Assembly: GCA_963777505.1 (NCBI GenBank)
Contig: CAVZQN010000004.1
Span: 416,001-480,000, forward strand
Direction of reading: 5' to 3'
Source: an uncultured bacterium
GTDB taxonomy: Bacteria > Acidobacteriota > HRBIN11 > JAKEFK01
Length of the DNA stretch: 64,000 bases
Positions within the stretch are counted from its first letter, which is position 1; the number at the start of each line of letters is the position of its first letter. This document shows positions 1-8,206 of the stretch, in pieces. Below the pieces are notes generated by a model. It was not told the origin of the DNA. It did no database searches and saw only the letters and a program-made list of their open reading frames with translations. Position numbers and translations under genes: made by a program.

Positions 1-874
1 ATCTAATTTCGGAAAGCCGCCTCCCGATTACATTTTGTTTCGATGCAAACACACGCAAGTAATCAAGATGTGTCCGGTCTTTTACGATTTTGCCATGTGA
101 CTTTTCACCGATCATCGCACAGGCCGTATCTAGAGCCGAAGTATCTTCACTTCCTAAAAACAATATGTCGCTTCCGGAAAGAACATATTCAGCTCTGGGA
201 ATTTGATTTTTATCTTTAGTGCGGATAGCTAGTATTTTTACAGTAGATGGAAGATCCTTCGTTAAATCTGAAATGCTCATGCCTGCAACAGCAGATGATT
301 CGACTTCAATCGTCTTAAGCTGCGTTTGCGCAAAATTGTCGGTCTTTGGTTTGACAAAGAGCTGCATGAAATACATTCCGAGTATCGTGCCGAGAAGTCC
401 GACTGGAAAAGCCACACTGTAACCAACGGCCGGGTCATTACTTTTTGCAGCATCAATCGCTGACATTACAGCGGCAGCGGTAGTTGTTGCGCCCGCGAAT
501 AGTCCCGCCATATACGTAATTGGAGTCGAGGTAAACTTCATTACGACAATTGTCATTACGGTAGTCGCAATGAGTGCGATTAATGCAAGAATGTTGTAAC
601 GAATACCTATCGCGCTGGTCAATCCAGCAAAAAATTGTTTGCCGTAAGAAATGCCAATTCCGTAAAGGAACAGCACGATCCCAAGTGTGCCGATAATAGC
701 CGGAGGTTGGCTGGCTGGACTAATAGCGCCTATTGCCAGTCCGGCAAACAAGACAGCTCCTACGCCAAGCGAAAAGCCCTTTATATTGATGTGGCCGATT
801 GCGTATCCAAGAGCGATCACAAAGAACAACGCGAGCATCGGTTGTTGTTCCAGAAATTTGGCAACAGCTTCCAT
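1..874 (-). CDS. AspT/YidE/YbjL-family transporter (aspartate:alanine antiporter-like), 3' end outside the window
   Basis: Not in the ORF track; translated by hand from ATG at 874: MEAVAKFLEQQPMLALFFVIALGYAIGHINIKGFSLGVGAVLFAGLAIG...LGIVLFLYGIGISYGKQFFAGL...AGLFAGATTT...DPAVGYSVAFPVG, typical of the family N-terminal membrane domain. Confidence 0.85.
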   Translation of the reverse strand, partial: MEAVAKFLEQQPMLALFFVIALGYAIGHINIKGFSLGVGAVLFAGLAIGAISPASQPPAIIGTLGIVLFLYGIGISYGKQFFAGLTSAIGIRYNILALIALIATTVMTIVVMKFTSTPITYMAGLFAGATTTAAAVMSAIDAAKSNDPAVGYSVAFPVGLLGTILGMYFMQLFVKPKTDNFAQTQLKTIEVESSAVAGMSISDLTKDLPSTVKILAIRTKDKNQIPRAEYVLSGSDILFLGSEDTSALDTACAMIGEKSHGKIVKDRTHLDYLRVFASKQNVIGRRLSEIR

Positions 875-886
875 GCTTATTCAAAC

Positions 887-902
887 TGCAAAGAATGAGC
901 CA
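887..902 (-). promoter_or_regulatory. sigma-54 -24/-12 promoter upstream of the AspT-family gene
   Basis: Minus strand TGGCTCATTCTTTGCA, GG-N10-GC spacing; very close to the ATG. Confidence 0.55.
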
Positions 903-954
903 GAACAAGGCGTTCCTTCTGCGACAATCAAGGCGACCATGAATCAGGTTCCAA

Positions 955-990
955 CTCCGTAATTACGGAGCACAATACGCTATTCCGTAG
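955..990. promoter_or_regulatory. Double-box candidate enhancer (UAS) motif, copy 1
   Basis: CTCCG-taatta-CGGAG caca ATACG-ctattc-CGTAG; same layout at 8143, 17818 and 24527. Confidence 0.7.
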
Positions 991-1031
991 ATTTGCTCCG
1001 AGGATACCTCGAGGGGCTGTGTATCTTTCGC

Positions 1032-1047
1032 AGGCATAAATCTTGCC
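1032..1047 (+). promoter_or_regulatory. sigma-54 -24/-12 promoter upstream of the VIT-like gene
   Basis: AGGCATAAATCTTGCC, GG-N10-GC. Confidence 0.55.
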
Positions 1048-1064
1048 GTAGTAAACTCAGTTCA

Positions 1065-1742
1065 ATGAGCGAAAAGCATTCATTTTGGATCAACGCGGCA
1101 ACGATTTCCGGAAGACTGGGTCCCGTAGGCCGTCTCAACGAAATCCTCTTTGGCTTGATTATGGTGCTGACATTTACTTGTTCAATCAGTGCCGCAACAG
1201 CCGGTCGCGAAGAGGTTTCTACAATCTTATGGTCTGCCCTCGGTTGCAATGTTGCCTGGGGTCTTGTGGATTCGTTCATGTATCTGTTTTCTGTTTTGCT
1301 CGAAAGAGGAGAGACGTTTAGCAGTATTCGAAGCATTCGAAATGCAACCACAGAGTCGAGTGCAAACGAAGCAGTGAAAGACGCAATGTCTCCCTTTTTA
1401 TCGCAGATCTTAAAGAAAGAACACCTGACCCATCTCAGCAGCGAAATAAAGAGTTTGCCCGAACCCCCGTTGAAGACTTTTTTAACATGGCGCGATTTTC
1501 GTTACGCTGCAGCAATTTTTCTTTTGGTTTTCTTATCAACGTTCCCTGTTACAATCCCTTTCATCTTTATCAAAGAAGTTCCGATTGCAATACGTGTTTC
1601 TAATGGAATTGCATTGCTTTCGCTTTTTCTTACCGGTGTATATTTGGCTAAGCAAACAGGAAGACAAAAGTTAATATTTGGACTTTCCTTTGCATTCCTC
1701 GGAGCAGTATTAGTAAGCATTACAATGGCGCTAGGCGGATGA
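1065..1742 (+). CDS. VIT1/CCC1-like membrane protein
   Basis: EILFGLIMVLTFT...ALGCNVAWGLVD motif and several TM helices; likely start MSEKH at 1065. Confidence 0.7.
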   Translation: MSEKHSFWINAATISGRLGPVGRLNEILFGLIMVLTFTCSISAATAGREEVSTILWSALGCNVAWGLVDSFMYLFSVLLERGETFSSIRSIRNATTESSANEAVKDAMSPFLSQILKKEHLTHLSSEIKSLPEPPLKTFLTWRDFRYAAAIFLLVFLSTFPVTIPFIFIKEVPIAIRVSNGIALLSLFLTGVYLAKQTGRQKLIFGLSFAFLGAVLVSITMALGG

Positions 1743-2353
1743 AAAATATTCGACCCTTACTTGTATTCTGTGTAGCTTTGATTTTGCCCATTTCAATCTA
1801 TGGGGAAGAAATAAACTCATGGGAATTTGCTGCAATAACCAACCTTTACATGCTTCCCGATGTTACATATTTGAATCCGGTAATTTCAGCAGACAAAAGT
1901 TTGTTACATTTGGAAGCAAGATACAACTATGAGGATTTGGAAACCGGATCTATCTTTGTTGGCTATAACTTTCAAACCGGAACTTCACTTGAATTCAGTT
2001 TTACGCCGATTATCGGTGGGGTATTTGGGAATTCAAACGGAATCGCTCCTGGATTTTCATTTGAGTTGAACTACGGAAATTTGAGCATCTCCAGCGAAGG
2101 GGAATACTTTTTCAGTTCAGACGAAAAAGAATCCAATTTCTTCTACAGTTGGTCAGAAATTACTTATTCTCCTGCTGATTGGATTTGGTTTGGTGTGGCA
2201 GGACAACGCACACGTGCTTACGAAACGGATTTGGAAATCCAACGTGGTCTTCTTCTGGGATTCGGTAAAGAAAATATTTCTGTAACCGGTTATGTGATGA
2301 ATCTAGGCTGGGATGATCCATTCGGAATGATAAGCGTGGAATACAGTTTTTGA
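1739..2353 (+). CDS. Exported, probable outer-membrane beta-barrel protein
   Basis: Signal peptide, alternating aromatic beta-strands, C-terminal ..EYSF; ATGA overlap with the upstream gene. Confidence 0.65.
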   Translation: MKNIRPLLVFCVALILPISIYGEEINSWEFAAITNLYMLPDVTYLNPVISADKSLLHLEARYNYEDLETGSIFVGYNFQTGTSLEFSFTPIIGGVFGNSNGIAPGFSFELNYGNLSISSEGEYFFSSDEKESNFFYSWSEITYSPADWIWFGVAGQRTRAYETDLEIQRGLLLGFGKENISVTGYVMNLGWDDPFGMISVEYSF

Positions 2354-2365
2354 TTGGGTGAATCA

Positions 2366-2516
2366 TAGCCCACGGCGTAAGCCGGGGGTAAAAGGATTGA
2401 TGTACGAACCAGATCGATTCAAGCGGGCGAAAGACTATTGCTATGAAACTCTTACGCTCGCTTTTACGGGCTAAATCATTACATGCATACTTACCCCCGG
2501 CTTACGCCGAGGGCTA
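2366..2516. repeat. REP/REPIN-like inverted-repeat element between convergent genes
   Basis: TAGCCCACGGCGTAAGCCGGGGGTAA (2366-2391) and its reverse complement at 2491-2516 match 25/26; inner imperfect IR. Confidence 0.75.
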
Positions 2517-2525
2517 GAAACAAAA

Positions 2526-3173
2526 TTATTTTCTCTGTACGTACAAACTGATAAGGCGGGCTACCATCACCGCTAAATAAAGTTGTCCTGCAACTGCTTC
2601 AACAACAGCAACCGAGCGAGCGACATCGCTGACTGGAACGATATCACCATAACCAAGCGTTGCCAGAGTTACAAAACTAAAGTAGATCGCGTTTGGGATT
2701 TGAAAATTACCATTTGTTACGCCTTCCACCAGTAAAGACCCGGGCGAAAATCTTTCGAGAATCCAATAAAAATGCCCTAAGAAAATACCGGCCAATAAAT
2801 ATGCACTGAGTGCGGCATAGATGTGTTCACTGTCCACTTCTTTAGCTTGTAAAGTGAATCGTAGTGCAGAAACGGCAGCGAGTAATGCAACCACCGTTCC
2901 GATTGTCGACGTACCTAAGGAAATTCTCAATTCGATCCAATTACCGCTAAGTTGAACCAGCAAAATCAGAAAAAGAATAACTAAAAGCAGTTTTCTCGCG
3001 AGTCCTGAAGTAATCGGTAAAATTCCCGCGAGTAAATTAAAAGCAAACAGGAATGGTAGAGCACGCTCGATTCGCAAGGCAGAAAATAAAGGGACTGCAA
3101 CGATAGAACACAAGAGCGAGAAGAAGAGGGTTCTATAGCGATGGTTTAAATATGCATTGATCAGCGCATTCAT
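2526..3173 (-). CDS. Potassium channel family protein (Ion_trans_2)
   Basis: Selectivity filter YFSFVTLATLGYGDIVP plus N-terminal TM helices. Confidence 0.85.
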   Translation of the reverse strand: MNALINAYLNHRYRTLFFSLLCSIVAVPLFSALRIERALPFLFAFNLLAGILPITSGLARKLLLVILFLILLVQLSGNWIELRISLGTSTIGTVVALLAAVSALRFTLQAKEVDSEHIYAALSAYLLAGIFLGHFYWILERFSPGSLLVEGVTNGNFQIPNAIYFSFVTLATLGYGDIVPVSDVARSVAVVEAVAGQLYLAVMVARLISLYVQRK

Positions 3174-3207
3174 TGTGAACGTTTACGATCTTAATCGTAC
3201 TTTTGGT

Positions 3208-3687
3208 TTATTGCGCTGCTACGACTTCGTATCCGCCAGCTACTTGTCGATAATATGTATCTCCGCATAGCTGAAATGATTTTCCATTGTAGTTCTGCAC
3301 CACACATCCTGCCGGAAGTTGAGTGACAACTGCGCCAAATGGTGCAGGTACGACTTGATAAACCACGGAAGTACCATCGAATACTTCTGCTAAATAGATA
3401 TTGTTCTCGTAGTAATAGCGGCTACCTTTGACCATCACGGGTACTGCGCTTGAAGGTGCATATTCCAAAATTGTACCGATCGGAATTGCGGGTTCAACCG
3501 GAGTCGTTCCAGCCCATCCACTATAATCAGAATAGTAGCCTCCAACCACCACTGTTCCGTAACCACCGTAGTTTGCTGCTTGTGAGCCTGCTAAGTTTCC
3601 CGAACGCATTTGACGCACACCGGCAAACAATCCATGAGTCATGCTGAACAAAATCACGATAAAAAACAAACGTTTTAGCTGAATCAT
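3208..3687 (-). CDS. DUF6515-like exported protein
   Basis: Signal peptide, Gly/Tyr-rich linker, PIGTIL..P, YQVVPAPFGAVVTQLPAGC..YYR..YEVV repeats. Confidence 0.65.
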   Translation of the reverse strand: MIQLKRLFFIVILFSMTHGLFAGVRQMRSGNLAGSQAANYGGYGTVVVGGYYSDYSGWAGTTPVEPAIPIGTILEYAPSSAVPVMVKGSRYYYENNIYLAEVFDGTSVVYQVVPAPFGAVVTQLPAGCVVQNYNGKSFQLCGDTYYRQVAGGYEVVAAQ

Positions 3688-3698
3688 TTTGAACCCTC

Positions 3699-4466
3699 CT
3701 ATGGATTGTTGGATGTTTGTGTCTGTTGTGAGCCAACTCTTTCAAGAATTGGAATCCGCACGTAACCATCTGGAATTACAGCATCGAATGCATTCTTTTT
3801 TAGTTCCGGTTTCAAATTCCATTTGCTGAAAGTAATTCTATAAAAAGAAATCCCTTTGTCTGCTTTATATTTCATTTCTAATTTGCAAGGAAGCGAATCT
3901 TTATCGTTAATCCATAGCTGCCAATCAACGGAGGGGTTTGTATAGCTCAGGTGACTGCAAGATGAGCCGTCAATAACTTCTTTGCCTGTAAACCCGCCCT
4001 TTGTCTGCTCATCCATAAATGCGTCATAGGGAGAGCTGTAAAGGACATCTGACATTGGGAGATCCAGGTTCAAACGTTGTGCGAGCATATCCAAGGTTTC
4101 ATCAATTGTTGAAGGCATTTCGTGTTGAACGTAAATTCGTTTTTCGCGGGAAATTCCTGTCAGAAGTTTGCCATCATACCAGAATTCAAAATCTCGATCG
4201 CCTTTGTATTTCGTCCAGAAGCCATTCGGTCTCAGAACCATCACATCGCGTGTTACATTCAATTGGACTTTCTGTCCGTTTGGTTTCACACGGTCATGAA
4301 ATTCGATCGTACTGAAACTAAATGACGGAGCCTGCGCGAGTTTGAGGCTCATCGCTTTCAGAATGGTCTTTCCTTTAGCATCATCGGAAGTCTGTGATGG
4401 TGCAGCGCCAACGGCAAGCACAATGACTATAGATAGCAGTGGAATCAAATTCAGTACTCTTTTCAA
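3699..4466 (-). CDS. DUF2092 domain periplasmic protein
   Basis: Signal peptide; LRPNGF..FWYDGK, PSTIDE, VDWQLWI..DSLPCK, FSKWNL motifs; paralog at 23176. Confidence 0.8.
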   Translation of the reverse strand: MKRVLNLIPLLSIVIVLAVGAAPSQTSDDAKGKTILKAMSLKLAQAPSFSFSTIEFHDRVKPNGQKVQLNVTRDVMVLRPNGFWTKYKGDRDFEFWYDGKLLTGISREKRIYVQHEMPSTIDETLDMLAQRLNLDLPMSDVLYSSPYDAFMDEQTKGGFTGKEVIDGSSCSHLSYTNPSVDWQLWINDKDSLPCKLEMKYKADKGISFYRITFSKWNLKPELKKNAFDAVIPDGYVRIPILERVGSQQTQTSNNP

Positions 4467-4475
4467 AACTTACTC

Positions 4476-4739
4476 CTATTGATTACAGTCAGCCAGTGCC
4501 CAACCTCCGCGCAATTTGCTGTTATTGCAGTATGTTTTGCCGACTGTTCCTGCCGTATTCAAGTATTCAAGGATACTTTCACAGGTCTCTTCTTCGCCAG
4601 GAGTCACTGTACAGTGTCCCTGATAACCATCACGCACAAAACAGCAATCGGCTGTTGTTTCTTCTGTTTCTTGTGATCCTAAAAATCCCGGGAGCAACAA
4701 GATGAGAAAAATCATCGCGATCGAAAAATATTTTTTCAT
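4476..4739 (-). CDS. Small secreted Cys-rich hypothetical protein
   Basis: GGAGAG RBS, signal peptide MKKYFSIAMIFLILLL, six Cys in the mature region. Confidence 0.65.
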   Translation of the reverse strand: MKKYFSIAMIFLILLLPGFLGSQETEETTADCCFVRDGYQGHCTVTPGEEETCESILEYLNTAGTVGKTYCNNSKLRGGWALADCNQ

Positions 4740-4772
4740 ATTCTCTCCTTTCATGAACATGTTCGTTTTAGG

Positions 4773-4882
4773 GTTCCTTCCCCTTGGATAAGGGGGAGGT
4801 TAGGAGGGGGTTGAAGTAATTTCCTAAGTAGAAAACTCAATCAACCCCCCTCTAACTCCCCCCTTATCCAAGGGGGGAGAAT
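4773..4882. repeat. REP-like palindromic doublet, family A copy 1
   Basis: TCCCCTTGGATAAGGGGGAGGTTAGGAGGGGGTTGA ... TCAACCCCCCTCTAACTCCCCCCTTATCCAAGGGGGGAG; inverted copies at 10818 and 48526. Confidence 0.8.
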
Positions 4883-4901
4883 CGCTAAACATTCCTTTGT
4901 C

Positions 4902-7018
4902 TCATATATTCGGTTTCTTAATACCGTTCAGAGTTTTGACTACCTCTAACAAATTTCCAGTTTTGTAAAAATCCACAGCGATTAAGTTTGGCATCAAGCG
5001 TCGTTGTTGTTGGCATTCCTGCGCACGTTTGAGAAGAAATTCATAAGAGTTCACGATTTGTGCATTGCTCGGTTTTGGGGTCGGCGTGGTATCAATCCAA
5101 TGGTTCATCAAGAACAACGATCCGGATGTTCCGCCACGATTCGGAATGCAGGAGAATTCCTTTGTATCATGAAATGAGTAAGGCGTTTCTTGCATTGATT
5201 CAAATACTTGATGATACCATTCCACACCTTTACTGTTGTTTTCAGCAAAAACGATAACTCGTTCATCACTAGCAATCATTTCTCGCAAAGTGGGCCATGG
5301 TGGTGCAACAGGACCTCGATAAACAAAGTCGATCAGGCCGCTTTCCTTGAAGGCTGCTTCGATGCTTTCCGGCTTAACGCCTTCATCCTGATTGATGATA
5401 ATGATGACTTCATTCGGATTTGCAATCAGGAATTCTCGCATTTTCTCCAGTACAGGCAACAGCTTTGCAGACCCAAGTTCGCAAAAACCATGACATAAAT
5501 AAATTCCCACATCCTCTTCGCCGCTTCCGATCAGCCGGTCACGGATCCGCATAGCAGCTTCAACTCCTTCTTTGCCAAGAGCCGCTTCATATTTTTTCTT
5601 CGCTAAACCCTCATCCTCCAGGACTGTTTTCACTTTGTCCTGAACAGGTGAACCATAGTGAGTGTCAATCAAGAATGCTCGAATCCCATCTTGAAGTTGC
5701 ATTTGTATTTGTCTTTCATGATTGGGAAACATCCAGCCGGTTATTTCTGCAGCCGACATGGCATTATGCGCGGCAGCAAACACAACTTCATTAAGCCGGC
5801 GGTCGCACAATTCCTCATATCCATTACAAGCATCGATTCTGTTAGGCACATCTGTGCTGGCGTCACTGCGAAATAATATGTACGAGCTTAACCCTATAAG
5901 TATGATTGCAAGAGCCGCTACAACTGTGGTTCGAGCACGATGTTTTTGCGTCACTTCTTTTCGAGCAGGTCGTTTTATTTCCGGAAGCGAACGCAGAGCG
6001 AGACGGAAAAATTCTCGAAGGCCGATAAAGAAAATCAACATTCCTGTAATCAGGTGATGGATGATCATTGCTATTGAAGGGAAAAAAATCATAAATGTTC
6101 CGGCACTCAACAATAACGAAATAATCAAAACACGCTTCACAGTGCTTTTTTCCGTTTCACGAAACCACTGATCGATCGTGTTGACGATCTCAGTAATTTT
6201 TACATGCTCGAACAAAGAGCTGACTGCTGCGCTCAGAACCAGGCCGACCATTCCTAATACGAGTGCCCACGTCATCAATCCACCAAGAAACGACTGCCAC
6301 AAACCGTTCAGCGCATCACCAATTAAAGGATCACGCGCATACAATGCAAGAACATTCCCTCCAAATCGAATGCTCAACCACAACAGCAGTGCTCCCACTG
6401 CAAGAGAGATACCCAGGCGAAGCATTGCTAGTCTTTTTTCGTTCGCTAATGAAACACTGATGATTCCCAAATAAGATGCCAGATAAAAGGAAAGCGATCG
6501 CTCCGAGCCGAAGCCTGCGGATCATTCGTAGAACTTTACTGAACGTATTTCCACCTGGCATTTCATTCAATGATGTTAATAGCGTGTTGAATCGAGCAGG
6601 AATCTTATCTGCCAACTGTGGATGATTTACAAACGCACTTCGAAGAATGATGCCGGTATCAGCTACAGTGAGTGAAATGTTCTTGCTGGTTTCTGATAGC
6701 AACGTCTTGATGACTGATACGAGCTGCACGCCGGATCATGGCACGAAACGGTGCTGAAGAGACAATCGGTTGAGTTGTACCAATGAGAATGGGACGAAAG
6801 GCGATCAAATCGCGATTTTTTTCGATCAAGCCGTCAGCGATACGCGTAGCGATTAACCTCGCAACACCTTCATGCCTGAGACTTTCCGCTGTGCGATCAG
6901 CGAAAGCTCCAGAATTATATAGAGCTCTTCCGATGTACCCCAATAACATCCCAGCGATGATTGTCAGGACAGCCAGAATGCCAATGATTCCTGCAATCAA
7001 TGGACGTGTCCGATTCAT
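4902..7018 (-). CDS. Multi-pass membrane protein with C-terminal PI-PLC-like phosphodiesterase domain, split by two apparent frameshifts (~6708, ~6468)
   Basis: Three overlapping ORFs join into one; ACNGYEELCDRRLNEVVFAAAHNAMS, LCHGFCELG, LMNHWI and PNLIAVDFY are PLC-X-like motifs. Confidence 0.7.
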
Positions 7019-7067
7019 ATTAAATATTTTTCTTTTCGCGGGCGGATCTTAGACCCGTGCCCGCCGT

Positions 7068-7973
7068 TTAATTGCTTTCAATGAAAGTGCGAATATCTTT
7101 CGCAACTTCAGCTGGGAGTTCCCATTGAACAGTATGACCAGCACCTGGATACGATCTAAACTGAGCAGATTGAATTCCTGCGCGCAATCGATCCTGATCA
7201 GCTTTAACGAAAACCTGATCCTGTTCACCCCAGAGTATTAATGTTGGTGTGCTGATACTTGCCAACCGGCTGCTGTTATCTTCAGATAAGACTAACTTCA
7301 TATCCGCTTTCCACACATTCGGTGGTGTTGCGGCACGTTCGTAATCCGATTTGGTTCGCATCACATCAGGAATCGGTAAAATTGTGGTCGTTTCGTTCCA
7401 TTTCGCCAACACTGCCGGATCGGAAAGACCTTTTTGAGTTTGTACGGCTCCATATAAACGGTCATATTTCTCATTCTCAATTCCTTTGTCCGATGAAGAA
7501 ATCAAAATTAATTTCTGTAATCGCGATGGATGATCAACGGCAATGCGCTGAGCGATAAAGCTTCCCATGGAATGACCGACAATTGTAGCGGTATCGATCT
7601 TTAGAGAATCCATAAACGCAATCACATCACTTTCATAATCTTCGACAGTGAAGCAGCATTCCGGATTGCTTGATTGTCCATGACCACGAAGATCCATCGC
7701 AAATACACGGTAAGTGTCCAACAGTTCAGGACCCACAAGATACCAATCCCGGCTTGAACTTCCCGGACCATGAATGAAGATGATTGCTTTTCCATCCTGC
7801 ACTCCGACATCGTGATACTTCAGAACCACTCCAGTTTTTAGGTTCACATCTTTCTTGGCATACTCATTTTTCCAACTATTTTCGATAGGACCGTAGCCTG
7901 CTATCATTCCGCCTGTTGCCGCACAACCGCAGCAAAAAAGTGTTACACAAATTAGTATTGCTAGAAGTCTCAT
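7068..7973 (-). CDS. Alpha/beta hydrolase, probable lipoprotein
   Basis: Lipobox-like CCGC, nucleophile GHSMG, WGEQD and GAGH catalytic motifs. Confidence 0.85.
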   Translation of the reverse strand: MRLLAILICVTLFCCGCAATGGMIAGYGPIENSWKNEYAKKDVNLKTGVVLKYHDVGVQDGKAIIFIHGPGSSSRDWYLVGPELLDTYRVFAMDLRGHGQSSNPECCFTVEDYESDVIAFMDSLKIDTATIVGHSMGSFIAQRIAVDHPSRLQKLILISSSDKGIENEKYDRLYGAVQTQKGLSDPAVLAKWNETTTILPIPDVMRTKSDYERAATPPNVWKADMKLVLSEDNSSRLASISTPTLILWGEQDQVFVKADQDRLRAGIQSAQFRSYPGAGHTVQWELPAEVAKDIRTFIESN

Positions 7974-8027
7974 ATTCCTCCTGTTTCGCTTAATCCTATC
8001 GTAAGAAGGAAAGCGCTTTCTATTACG

Positions 8028-8043
8028 TGCAAATCAAGAGCCA
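8028..8043 (-). promoter_or_regulatory. sigma-54 -24/-12 promoter upstream of the hydrolase
   Basis: Minus strand TGGCTCTTGATTTGCA, GG-N10-GC. Confidence 0.65.
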
Positions 8044-8142
8044 GATTCAGTAGAGTTTTAATAAATAAGCTAAGCTCCATGAGAGCAGTAAGTTACAATG
8101 AACTCCTAATAATTTGAACTGAAGGTTGTCAATGATAAAAAA

Positions 8143-8178
8143 CCACGAAATTGAGTAGGAGACTCCGGTATTTCGGAG
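8143..8178. promoter_or_regulatory. Double-box candidate enhancer motif, copy 2
   Basis: CCACG-aaattg-AGTAG gaga CTCCG-gtattt-CGGAG, about 100 bp from the promoter at 8043. Confidence 0.7.
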
Positions 8179-8206
8179 AATAATTATCAAAGGTCCAAAT
8201 TCTATT

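Noticed and set aside
219-962. Short plus-strand ORFs at the window start
   Set aside because: Antisense shadows of the AspT-family gene
993-1064. N-terminal extension of the VIT-like ORF from TTG at 993
   Set aside because: It overlaps the sigma-54 promoter and looks non-coding; ATG at 1065 is the better start
7038-7066. GCGGGC...GCCCGC hairpin between the hydrolase and PLC genes
   Set aside because: Short stem, single copy; cannot distinguish a terminator from a REP remnant
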